A stretch of 64,000 nt of DNA from Terriglobia bacterium (lineage in GTDB: Bacteria; Acidobacteriota; Terriglobia; Acidiferrales; UBA7541), in contig OY968796.1 of assembly GCA_963695545.1 (NCBI GenBank), forward strand, positions 1,440,001-1,504,000, read 5' to 3'. Of this stretch, positions 39,809-48,090 are shown piece after piece. A program made the translations under genes and the position numbers. The notes beneath the pieces were generated by a model that had not been told where the DNA came from, searched no databases, and saw nothing but the letters and a program-made list of their open reading frames with translations. Position 1 is the stretch's first letter. Every line of letters starts with the position of its first letter.

Positions 39809-40075
39809 GTGGATAAGCGGGATTGGGAAGCATATTTCGAGATTGCCCGGACTCCCGGGCGGCGCCGCCGTCCGCCCCGGCCGATCTGCCCGAGTGAGGC
39901 CAACCACATTCTTCCGGCCATCGGCTTCAGTCTATCTGAGCTTGACGACGCCGGGATTGACGTCGAACTCGCCGAACGTCTCGGCCTGCCCGTAGATGCC
40001 GGACGCATTGGAGCTTATGGTCCCAATGTCTCGAGCCTGCGCGAGTTTGCCAGGATGGCCCGCCGTCCCGGTTAA
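39809..40075 (+). CDS. Small protein resembling ribosomal protein eL13 (L13e)
   Basis: GFSLSELDDAGIDVELAERLGLPVDAGRIGAYGPNVSSLREF fits the L13e core pattern without gaps; GTG 39809 has GGGAG 8 nt upstream (track start 39734). Confidence 0.65.
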   Translation: MDKRDWEAYFEIARTPGRRRRPPRPICPSEANHILPAIGFSLSELDDAGIDVELAERLGLPVDAGRIGAYGPNVSSLREFARMARRPG

Positions 40076-40123
40076 CGCTCGGTAGTTCTATTACTGGGTG
40101 CAGCCGCCGCGCCTGCAATTCGC

Positions 40124-40151
40124 TTGACGGCCCGGAAACTTTCGGTAAACT
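40124..40151 (+). promoter_or_regulatory. Candidate sigma70 promoter, near-leaderless
   Basis: TTGACG 40124-29, 16-bp spacer, TAAACT 40146-51, ATG at 40161. Confidence 0.5.
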
Positions 40152-40160
40152 GCCAACTTC

Positions 40161-40454
40161 ATGCTGACGATGATGACGCCCGCGACCGTGATCCTTTCCG
40201 AAGAGGCGGATTTCGCCTTTCCGCAGCGCGAAGCGGCCTTCTTCTACGGTCTATTCCTGCGCGGCCACTCCGCCGACGAGTTGCGCCGCGATATCGAGGT
40301 CCCGCCAACCATCCTGGCAAAATGGCATCGCGAGGCCGAGCGCGAGCCGGACCTGCGCGACGTCTTCGACCGCATGATCACCTACCGGCGCCACGTGCTG
40401 GCCATCTTCGAGTCGCTGGTTGGCAACGAGAACCAGATCCAACGCGTGCAGTAG
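40161..40454 (+). CDS. Hypothetical protein (97 aa)
   Basis: Strongly GC-biased third codon positions like host genes, own promoter; no family recognised. Confidence 0.7.
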   Translation: MLTMMTPATVILSEEADFAFPQREAAFFYGLFLRGHSADELRRDIEVPPTILAKWHREAEREPDLRDVFDRMITYRRHVLAIFESLVGNENQIQRVQ

Positions 40455-40563
40455 CCCGTCCCGGCTGCGCGCCCGCTCGCCGGCCGTCTTTACTTCCGGT
40501 TTTTCGTCCGCTACACTCCGCGCTTGAGTCGCCGAAAACCCTTCTTTCGCGGATCCCCAGGAT

Positions 40564-40638
40564 TCCCCGGTAGCTCAATGGTAGAGCATTCGGCTGTTAA
40601 CCGAAGGGTTGCTAGTTCGAATCTAGCCCGGGGAGCCA
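40564..40638 (+). tRNA. tRNA-Asn(GTT)
   Basis: Acceptor TCCCCGG/CCGGGGA, D-arm AGCTCAATGGTAGAGC, anticodon arm TTCGG-CTGTTAA-CCGAA, GTTCGAATC, encoded CCA. Confidence 0.97.
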
Positions 40639-40670
40639 AACTCCGATTCCTCAAGCAGTTCGATGAAGCA

Positions 40671-40699
40671 GGAGCGTTCGATCGTCTATTGAATGCTCC
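40671..40699. terminator. Hairpin between convergent tRNA-Asn and the DinB-family gene
   Basis: GGAGCGTTCGAT-cgtct-ATTGAATGCTCC pairs with two G-U; no clear U-tract. Confidence 0.35.
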
Positions 40700-40724
40700 C
40701 CGCAATCGCTCGATTGTGGCGAAA

Positions 40725-41222
40725 TTAGCCGAACGGTTTCTCGTCCGCGCTGGGGCCGTAAATCGAAGGCACCGGAACGTCCAGCATCCGCAGATAGACC
40801 GAAAGCTGCCCGCGATGGTGGTAGTTATGATTCATCAGGATTGAGCGCACGAATCCGATGCGCGGGATGGTCATCAACACTTTTCCGTTTTTCGTCAAGC
40901 TCCACATGGACATCAGGCGAGCGTCGTCCATCTTGTTCAGCGTTTCCTTCGCGCTCGCCAGGCTTTTCGCGAAAGCGTCCAGGATTTCCTGCCGGCTCTT
41001 CGGCTCCGCCTGCGAGAAGCTCGGAGCTTCAAACGTGTCCTGCGCGGCCGCCGCTGCCACGCGGCCCTGCAGAGACGCAATGTGCAGGCCCAATTGTCCC
41101 AGCGAGTACGATTTCGGGTGCGGCTTCCACGTGAGGTTGTCCTCGGGGATTCGATCCAGCACCCGTTTCGTCGTCTGTGCTTCCTGATCAATCTCCATCA
41201 AGAGAGAATCGACAATTCTCAT
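40725..41222 (-). CDS. DinB/YfiT-like family protein
   Basis: WKPHPKSYSLGQLGLHIA and HNYHHRGQLSVYLR..VPSIYGPSAD. Confidence 0.9.
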   Translation of the reverse strand: MRIVDSLLMEIDQEAQTTKRVLDRIPEDNLTWKPHPKSYSLGQLGLHIASLQGRVAAAAAQDTFEAPSFSQAEPKSRQEILDAFAKSLASAKETLNKMDDARLMSMWSLTKNGKVLMTIPRIGFVRSILMNHNYHHRGQLSVYLRMLDVPVPSIYGPSADEKPFG

Positions 41223-41292
41223 GCGTGTTCCTTTCCGTGCGGAGAAGTTTTGCCGTTCAAATTCCTAATTCCTGGCTACAGCGCGCCGAGAT

Positions 41293-41763
41293 TCACCGTG
41301 CGCGCGCCGCCTCGGCCCGCTTACGAGTCTCCTCATTGAAATGCGTCCATCCCTTGCCCAGCCCCGTTCGATGCTCGTCTTGAATCAGCCCGAACGCCGT
41401 GTGACGAAATGTAATCAGCGTCCCGCCATTCTCCTCGCTCAGCCGATACTGCACATTCGAGATCACCGGAGACGACATGAACAGCGGCCCGCTGAATTCA
41501 AGCAGCGTCGGCCGCTTGATCGCCTGCACGTTGGCCCAGAAGTGGCCGTCCTCGCCGCCAAGATCGCGATACCACCGTCCGCCGGGCCGCGCCTCCAGCT
41601 TGAACGGCAACGCCTTCCCCTCGGGAGTGCTGTTTTCGGGGCCGAGCTGCTCGAGCAGCGCCGCGAAAGTCACATCCAGCGGCGCCTTCACGTGGATTTC
41701 CTGCGTGATGTTCAAGGTCATATCTTCGATCGTTCTCTCTAGCTTCGGTGCTGTCGAATTCAT
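41293..41763 (-). CDS. SRPBCC/AHSA1 domain protein
   Basis: QEIHVKAP, EARPGGRW, GTLITFRH, GW C-terminal helix. Confidence 0.85.
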   Translation of the reverse strand: MNSTAPKLERTIEDMTLNITQEIHVKAPLDVTFAALLEQLGPENSTPEGKALPFKLEARPGGRWYRDLGGEDGHFWANVQAIKRPTLLEFSGPLFMSSPVISNVQYRLSEENGGTLITFRHTAFGLIQDEHRTGLGKGWTHFNEETRKRAEAARAR

Positions 41764-41826
41764 CGTTCCTCCTAGAATTAAGAATTTGTCGTGCAGCTCG
41801 GATCAAATCCGGTCCTGCTCGTCGCA

Positions 41827-42162
41827 CTACTCTCGCTCGCCGCGTTTCCCTTCCGCCCGCTCCTTCACACGATTCAACTGATGCCGCCAGTACCGCTCGA
41901 ACGTGCTGGTCCATTCGTGCAACGGTTGGATCGCCTCGGCGTTCACTCGATACATCCTTTTGCGGCCGTCCCGGCGCACGTTCACCAGGCCAACGTCGAG
42001 CAGCACCCGCAGGTGTTTTGACACCGAGGGCTGCTCCATCCCCAGCGCCGCCACAATTTCCCCGACCGGCCGCTCCCGCAGCACGAGATAGTTCAATATC
42101 TCCCGCCGGCGAGGCTCGGCGACCGCGTTGAACGCATCGGAGGTAGTTGCTGCGCGAGCCAT
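41827..42162 (-). CDS. ArsR/SmtB family transcriptional regulator
   Basis: AFNAVAEPRRREIL, QPSVSKHLRVL..VGLV, RRDGRKRMY. Start at ATG 42162. Confidence 0.92.
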   Translation of the reverse strand: MARAATTSDAFNAVAEPRRREILNYLVLRERPVGEIVAALGMEQPSVSKHLRVLLDVGLVNVRRDGRKRMYRVNAEAIQPLHEWTSTFERYWRHQLNRVKERAEGKRGERE

Positions 42163-42169
42163 GTGCGTC

Positions 42170-42197
42170 ATTATATGTCCATATGAGAATATGTCAA
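42170..42197 (-). promoter_or_regulatory. Consensus sigma70 promoter with internal palindromic operator
   Basis: Minus strand TTGACA-16-TATAAT-7 nt-ATG; ATATTCTCATATGGACATAT imperfect palindrome spans the spacer. Confidence 0.8.
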
Positions 42198-42236
42198 GCG
42201 CTTTTTTTCTGCCGTTCCAGCAGGGTTCGGCGCTGC

Positions 42237-42290
42237 TTGACAATCCCGGCAGCTTCTTCCAAAATCTGCCAAGGCGAACAAAAAGCGAAA
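42237..42290 (+). promoter_or_regulatory. imuA promoter with LexA (SOS) box
   Basis: TTGACA 42237-42, 17-bp spacer, CAAAAT 42260-65; GAAC-AAAAAGC-GAAA at 42276-42290 (one mismatch to GAAC-N7-GAAC). Confidence 0.7.
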
Positions 42291-42330
42291 ATTATAGACA
42301 CTCCGCTTTCTCCGCGCCGCCGCTATTTCC

Positions 42331-43230
42331 GTGCCTCAAAACCTTTCCGCCTTGCGATCGAAACTCGAAGCGGCTCTGGCCGGTCGCGTCGCTGCGCCTT
42401 TTGCGGTTCGCGATCGCCAGCTTTTTCAGACGGTTTCCGCGGGCATCGCCGAAATCGACTTTCTGACCAGCGGTTTGCCGCGCGGAGGGCTCACGGAAAT
42501 TTATGGCCCGTTCTGCTCCGGCCGCACGAGTTTGCTGCTTTCGGCCTTGGCGTCCCGGACAAATACCGGCGAGGTCTGCGCTCTTGTGGATGGATGCGAT
42601 GCCTTCGATCCGCATTCGGCGCAAGCCGCCGGCGTGGAATTGAAAAAGCTGTTGTGGGTGCGTTGCCGGAATCTGGACCACGCCCTGCGCGCCACGGATT
42701 TGCTTTTGCAGGGCGGCGGCTTCAGCCTGATCGCCCTCGATCTGAGCGATATTTTTTGGAAAACCATCCGCAATGTGCCGCTGCATGTCTGGTTTCGTCT
42801 GCGGCGCGCGGTGGAAAACACGCCCACGATTCTGATTCTTCTGAATCGGGAGTCCCAGGCAAAAACGTGCGCCTCGCTGGTTCTGCGTCTCGAAGCCGAG
42901 CCAACCTGCCGGATCACCGTGCCGGAAATTTGCGATCCCCGTTTTTTTCAGCATTCGTGGACATGTTTGTTTGATGGATTTGAAATCCACGCGGAACGAA
43001 TCCGTTCTCGCGTGCAATCCGTCACGGACGCATATGGCGGCAATGTCGCCGCCCCGGTAATCGCGGACAGCAAGGCGTCAACGTTTAAAACCCGGGCCCT
43101 CTGGAGTTACTTCAGCCGCGATGCGCTCCGCGGCCCATTGAAGCAATGTGCTCCGCACAGCCCGGTGAAGCAATGCGCTCCGCACAGTCCATTGAAGCAA
43201 TGCGTTCCGCGCAGTCCGGTCGTGAGGTGA
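42331..43230 (+). CDS. imuA: ImuA / RecA-like translesion cassette protein
   Basis: SGLPRGGLTEIYG...SGRTSL (degenerate Walker A), ALVDG.DAFDP.SA..AGV.L..LLWVR, LIALDL; precedes imuB-dnaE2. Confidence 0.85.
   Translation: MPQNLSALRSKLEAALAGRVAAPFAVRDRQLFQTVSAGIAEIDFLTSGLPRGGLTEIYGPFCSGRTSLLLSALASRTNTGEVCALVDGCDAFDPHSAQAAGVELKKLLWVRCRNLDHALRATDLLLQGGGFSLIALDLSDIFWKTIRNVPLHVWFRLRRAVENTPTILILLNRESQAKTCASLVLRLEAEPTCRITVPEICDPRFFQHSWTCLFDGFEIHAERIRSRVQSVTDAYGGNVAAPVIADSKASTFKTRALWSYFSRDALRGPLKQCAPHSPVKQCAPHSPLKQCVPRSPVVR
43135..43215 (+). repeat. Three 27-bp tandem repeats inside the imuA 3' end
   Basis: ccattgaagcaatgtgctccgcacagc / ccggtgaagcaatgcgctccgcacagt / ccattgaagcaatgcgttccgcgcagt, encoding PLKQCAPHS, PVKQCAPHS, PLKQCVPRS. 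Confidence 0.9.
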
Positions 43231-43264
43231 GGATTGGGCAGGTTTCTTTCCCGATCGCGTTTTT

Positions 43265-44884
43265 ATGGCTTTTGCCGCCATTCACGTTCCCGACTTCATG
43301 CTGCAAGCCGTGGTGCGCGCCGAGCCGCATCTTCACGGCCGCGCCCTGGTTCTCATCGAAGGCGCTGCTCCCCTCGAGATCGTTGTGGCCGCCAGCGAAG
43401 CCGCCTTGCGCGCGGGAATTGAGCTCGGCATGGCGAAGTCTCAAGTGGAGCAGTTCTCCGTCATGGAAATTCGTCATCGTTCCTGCGCGCAATCGCGCGC
43501 GCAGGAAAAATCCGCGCACGCGGCCTTGCTCGATCTCGGATGGTCCTTTTCGCCGCGCCTTGAAGACGTTGCGCCGGATACCATCGTTCTCGATCTCGCG
43601 GGTCTGCAAGTTCTTTACAGTTCCAAGGAAAATATCGCGGAGCAATTGGCCGTGCGCGCCCGCGGTCTGGGTCTTGCGGCGAACGTCGCGATCGCGTCCG
43701 AGATTGAATCTTCCATCATCGCCGCGCGCAGTTTTTCGGGAATTACATTGATTCCCGCGAGCCAGGAAGCGAAGCGCTTGGGCTGTTTGCCGGTCGCGGC
43801 GCTTTCGCCGTCCGCGGAACTTCGCGAAATATTGGAACGCTGGGGAGTGCGCACCTGCGCGGCGCTGGCTGCGTTGCCCGTTCTCGATTTGTCGGAACGA
43901 TTGGGGCAGGAAGGTGTGCGCCTCCATGCGTTGGCTCGAGGTGAAAATGCGCGCGCGTTGATCCTTGCCGAGCCGGCCGCAACTTTCGAGGAGGAAATGG
44001 AACTCGATGACGCCGTGGAGGAACTCGAGCCGCTGGCGTTTATTCTCGGCCGGCTACTCGATCAACTTTGCGCCCGCTTGAATGCGCGTTCGCTCGCCGT
44101 GCAAGTGATTCGCCTGCGATTCGATCTCGAACGCTCCCCCGAAAAAAACATCCGGTCCCTGGAAGAAGACTCGCGCCAAAAACCAAACGCGGCCATTTAC
44201 GAAAAAACCGTGACGCTGCCAGTGCCAATGCGCGATTCCAAAATGCTTTTGCGATTGCTGCGCTTGAAGCTGCAAGCGGATCCGCCGCCGGCCGCGATTT
44301 GCAAAGCCGTGATTGCCGTCGATCCCGCCGGGCCGCGCTCGACACAAGGCGGATTATTTCTTGCCGGTTTTCCCGATCCCGAAAAGTGGGAGTTGATGAT
44401 CGCGCGTCTCGCAAATCTGGTGGGCGAAGCCAATGTCGGCTCGCCCGAGCTGATGGATACGCATCTTCAAGGTGAATTCCGGATGGACCGGTTCGCAACT
44501 TTTGCAAAAGAAGCGGGCCTTGCTCGAAACAGAAAAAGTGTCCCGGCGCAAGACCCCGTGACGGCGTTTCGTGTTTTTCGGCCGCCCTTCGCGGCCAAGG
44601 TCGAATTGCGCGAGGAGTGTCCCGTGCGCATTGTGTTTTGCGGCGTGCGCGCCGAAGTGATCGCCGCCTCCGGTCCGTGGCGCACATCGGGAAATTGGTG
44701 GGCGGAAAATGTTTGGCAGCACGACGAATGGGACATCGAGATTCGCTGTGATTGTGTTTCTGCTGACGATGTGCGCGGACGAAATTCAGCCGCGCGCTCC
44801 GAAACGCCTCCGCGCAATGGAATGTACCGCATTTATTTCGACGGCCTGCGCCGAAGCTGGTTTGTGCGCGGAGTCTACGATTGA
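43265..44884 (+). CDS. imuB: ImuB, inactive Y-family polymerase-like protein
   Basis: AALRAGIELGM, FSPRLE..PDTIVLD, WGVRTC, QGGLF clamp-like motif, ASGPWRTSGNWW, GVYD end. Confidence 0.88.
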   Translation: MAFAAIHVPDFMLQAVVRAEPHLHGRALVLIEGAAPLEIVVAASEAALRAGIELGMAKSQVEQFSVMEIRHRSCAQSRAQEKSAHAALLDLGWSFSPRLEDVAPDTIVLDLAGLQVLYSSKENIAEQLAVRARGLGLAANVAIASEIESSIIAARSFSGITLIPASQEAKRLGCLPVAALSPSAELREILERWGVRTCAALAALPVLDLSERLGQEGVRLHALARGENARALILAEPAATFEEEMELDDAVEELEPLAFILGRLLDQLCARLNARSLAVQVIRLRFDLERSPEKNIRSLEEDSRQKPNAAIYEKTVTLPVPMRDSKMLLRLLRLKLQADPPPAAICKAVIAVDPAGPRSTQGGLFLAGFPDPEKWELMIARLANLVGEANVGSPELMDTHLQGEFRMDRFATFAKEAGLARNRKSVPAQDPVTAFRVFRPPFAAKVELREECPVRIVFCGVRAEVIAASGPWRTSGNWWAENVWQHDEWDIEIRCDCVSADDVRGRNSAARSETPPRNGMYRIYFDGLRRSWFVRGVYD

Positions 44885-47800
44885 AGTACGTCGAATTGCA
44901 CGCGCGTTCCGCCTTCAGTTTTCTCGAAGGGGCCTCGCTGCCCGAAGCGCTGGCCGCGGAATGCGCCAAGCATGAAATGGGAGCCATGGCGCTGCTCGAT
45001 CGCGACGGCATGTATGGCGCGCCCCGATTTTATCTGGCCGCGACAAAACTTTCTCTGCGGGCGCATATCGGCGCGGAGGTCTCTGCGGCAAGCGGCTGGC
45101 GTTATCCGCTGCTGGTGGCTTCGCGCGCGGGATACCAAAACATTTGCCGCCTGATTACGCGCATGAAACTGCGCGCGCGAAAAAACGAAGGCCACGTAGA
45201 TGAAGAAGAGTTTCTCGAAAATTCCTCCGGCCTGATTTGCCTCACAGGCGGCGAAGAAGGGCCGCTGGCGCACGCGCTTAAACAAGAAGGAATCGCGGGC
45301 GGACTCGCCTGCGTGGCGCGACTCGCGGAACTTTTCGGCCGCGAAAATGTCTATGTCGAATTGCAGCGCCACTTTTCCCGCGAAGAAGAGGCGCGCAACC
45401 AGGCGGCTATCGAAATCGCGCAAACCGCGCGTCTGCCTCTTCTGGCCACGAACGGCGTTTGCCACGCGCTGCCGCACGAAAGAGAAGTGCTGGACGTTTT
45501 CACCTCTCTGCGTCATCACCGCACTCTCGCCGCCGCCGGACGCCTTCTTTCCCGCAACGCCGAGCGCCATTTGAAAGCGCCCGCGGAGATGGCCCGATTG
45601 TTTCGAGACATTCCCCAAGCCATCGCCAATACCGAAACTCTTTCCTCTCGCCTCGAATTCACTTTGAAAGACCTGGGATATCAATTCCCAAAATATCCGG
45701 TTCCGGATGGCGCGTCGGAAATGCAGTTTCTTCGCGAACGCACACGCGACGGATTGCTGCTGCGCTATGGTCCTGACGACGAAAAAGCGCGGCGGCAGAT
45801 GGAACGCGAGCTGGCTTTGATCGAAAAACTCGAGCTCGCCGGTTATTTCCTGATCGTTTGGGACATCGTTCGTTTTTGCCGCGAGAAAAACATTCTGGTG
45901 CAGGGGCGCGGCTCGGCCGCCAATAGCGCGGTCTGCTACGCGCTGGGGATCACCGCCGTCGATCCCGTCAAAATGGATTTGCTCTTCGAGCGATTTCTCT
46001 CCGAAGAGCGCGGCGAATGGCCCGATATCGATCTCGATCTTCCCAGTGGAGATCAGCGCGAGCGCGTCATTCAATACGTCTACGAGCGCTACGGAAAATT
46101 GGGCGCGGCGATGACCGCCAACGTCATCACCTACCGCAGCCGCTCGGCGGCGCGCGAAATCGGCAAAGTTCTCTCGTTCGAGTCCGACACGCTGGAGCGC
46201 CTGACGAAAGTGGTGGGAGCCTGGGGATATAAAGATGCCGACGAAACCCCCGATCGGCAGTTTCGCGAGGCGGGTTTTGATCTTCGGCATCCGCAAGTTC
46301 GCAAATTTTTCGATCTCTGGCGAATGATTCAGGATCTGCCGCGTCATCTCGGGCAGCACTCCGGCGGAATGGTGGTCTGCCAGGGCCAGCTCGATTCGGT
46401 CGTGCCGCTCGAACCGGCCACGATGCCCGGGCGCGTCGTGGTGCAATGGGACAAAGAAGATTGCGCCGACATGGGCATCGTGAAAGTGGACCTGCTCGGC
46501 TTGGGCATGATGTCCGTGCTGGAAGATTCCATAAAAATAATTCGCAACGATTACGGCGAGGAAGTGGATTTGGCGCACCTGCCGGCCGACGATCCCGCGG
46601 TTTACGACACGCTGCAAAAGGCGGACACCGTCGGCATGTTTCAGATCGAAAGCCGCGCGCAGATGTCTTGTTTGCCGCGCCTGCGCCCGAAATGTTTTTA
46701 CGACATCGTCGTGCAGGTGGCCATCATCCGCCCCGGTCCGATCGTCGGCAAGATGGTGAATCCATATTTGAAGCGCCGGCAGGGCCGCGAGCCGCCGGAT
46801 TGCCTACATCCATCGCTGGAAGCTGTGCTCGCTCGCACGCTGGGAGTGCCTCTGTTTCAAGAGCAGTTGTTGCGCATGGCCATGATCGCCGCCGGATTCA
46901 CGGGCGGCGAAGCCGAAGAATTGCGCCGCGCCATGGGCTTCAAGCGCTCGGAGCTGCGCATGAAATCCATCGAGGAAAAGTTGCGCGCGGGAATGACGCG
47001 CAATGGAATCTCGAGCGAAACACAGGACGCCATCGTGCAATCCATCGTGTCCTTCGCGCTCTATGGCTTTCCCGAATCGCACGCCGCGAGTTTCGCGTTG
47101 CTCGCCTACGCCAGCGCTTATTTGAAGTGTCATTATCTCGCGGCATTTACGGCCGCGCTGCTCAATAACCAGCCGATGGGCTTTTACAGTCCCGCGGTTC
47201 TTGTAAAAGATGCGCAGCGCCACGGCCTGCGCGTCAAACCGGTCGATGTGACTTGCTCGGATTGGAACTGCACACTCGAGTGCGATCGAGAGAATTTTGC
47301 CGTGCGCCTCGGCCTGCGATACGTTAAAGGCTTGTCTGCCGCCGTGGGCGCCGAAATCGCCTGCCAGCGCGTGATTCGCGCATTCACAACCATCGACGAT
47401 TTGAAGCTGCGCGTCCCTGCGATATCGAAATCCGAACTCACGGCGCTGGCGGAAGTCGGCGCTCTGAATTTCATCGCCGGCCACACAGCGTTTCATCGCC
47501 GCGACGCCTTGTGGCAAGTCGAACGCGCCGCGCGCCGTGCCGGCCCGTTGCTCGAAACGTTGGAAGAAACGCGAGAGCCGGAAAAAGAAAGTGATTCGAT
47601 TGTTTTCCCCTCGATTTCTCCCGCAATTTCTCCGGCAATTTCCTCCGCTGCGGCAGCCTCGCCCTTATCGCCCATGACTTCGGATGAAAGATTGATCGCC
47701 GATTATCGTGGCACGGGCCTCACCGTCGGCCCTCATCCCATGGCCTACCGCCGCGCGCAAATCAAAGCGCAGGGCATTCGCGCGGCGTGCGAGCTTCGCG

Positions 47801-48090
47801 ATCTTGCCGATGGCGTCCGAGTGCGCATCGCCGGAGCTGTGATCGCGCGTCAACGCCCCGGCACGGCGAAAGGCTTTGTGTTTTTGAGCCTCGAAGACGA
47901 AACCGGCATCGCCAACGCCATCCTCACGCCGCAAGTCTTCCGTGAAAATCGCTTAGTGGTCGTCGAGCAGCAATTTCTGGTCATCGAAGGCCAGTTGCAA
48001 AATCAAGAGGGCGCGATTTCGGTGAAGGCCGAATCGGTCTGGCCGCTCTCCATCACGCGCGTGGACGCCCAGTCGCACGATTTTCATTGA
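44881..48090 (+). CDS. dnaE2: Error-prone DNA polymerase DnaE2 (ImuC)
   Basis: YVELHARSAFSFLEGAS, GRGSAANS, PDIDLD, PRHLGQHSGG, YGFPESHA, RQRPGTAKG, C-terminal SHDFH. Confidence 0.96.
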   Translation: MKYVELHARSAFSFLEGASLPEALAAECAKHEMGAMALLDRDGMYGAPRFYLAATKLSLRAHIGAEVSAASGWRYPLLVASRAGYQNICRLITRMKLRARKNEGHVDEEEFLENSSGLICLTGGEEGPLAHALKQEGIAGGLACVARLAELFGRENVYVELQRHFSREEEARNQAAIEIAQTARLPLLATNGVCHALPHEREVLDVFTSLRHHRTLAAAGRLLSRNAERHLKAPAEMARLFRDIPQAIANTETLSSRLEFTLKDLGYQFPKYPVPDGASEMQFLRERTRDGLLLRYGPDDEKARRQMERELALIEKLELAGYFLIVWDIVRFCREKNILVQGRGSAANSAVCYALGITAVDPVKMDLLFERFLSEERGEWPDIDLDLPSGDQRERVIQYVYERYGKLGAAMTANVITYRSRSAAREIGKVLSFESDTLERLTKVVGAWGYKDADETPDRQFREAGFDLRHPQVRKFFDLWRMIQDLPRHLGQHSGGMVVCQGQLDSVVPLEPATMPGRVVVQWDKEDCADMGIVKVDLLGLGMMSVLEDSIKIIRNDYGEEVDLAHLPADDPAVYDTLQKADTVGMFQIESRAQMSCLPRLRPKCFYDIVVQVAIIRPGPIVGKMVNPYLKRRQGREPPDCLHPSLEAVLARTLGVPLFQEQLLRMAMIAAGFTGGEAEELRRAMGFKRSELRMKSIEEKLRAGMTRNGISSETQDAIVQSIVSFALYGFPESHAASFALLAYASAYLKCHYLAAFTAALLNNQPMGFYSPAVLVKDAQRHGLRVKPVDVTCSDWNCTLECDRENFAVRLGLRYVKGLSAAVGAEIACQRVIRAFTTIDDLKLRVPAISKSELTALAEVGALNFIAGHTAFHRRDALWQVERAARRAGPLLETLEETREPEKESDSIVFPSISPAISPAISSAAAASPLSPMTSDERLIADYRGTGLTVGPHPMAYRRAQIKAQGIRAACELRDLADGVRVRIAGAVIARQRPGTAKGFVFLSLEDETGIANAILTPQVFRENRLVVVEQQFLVIEGQLQNQEGAISVKAESVWPLSITRVDAQSHDFH

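Noticed and set aside
40564..42300. Genomic island integrated at tRNA-Asn
   Set aside because: No integrase and no duplicate of the tRNA 3' end were seen; downstream genes look host-like.
44875..46617. Long antisense ORFs (also 7954-9399, 27996-29399, 54198-55736, 58695-60587)
   Set aside because: These are shadows of well-supported genes on the other strand, expected in GC-rich DNA, with no motifs.
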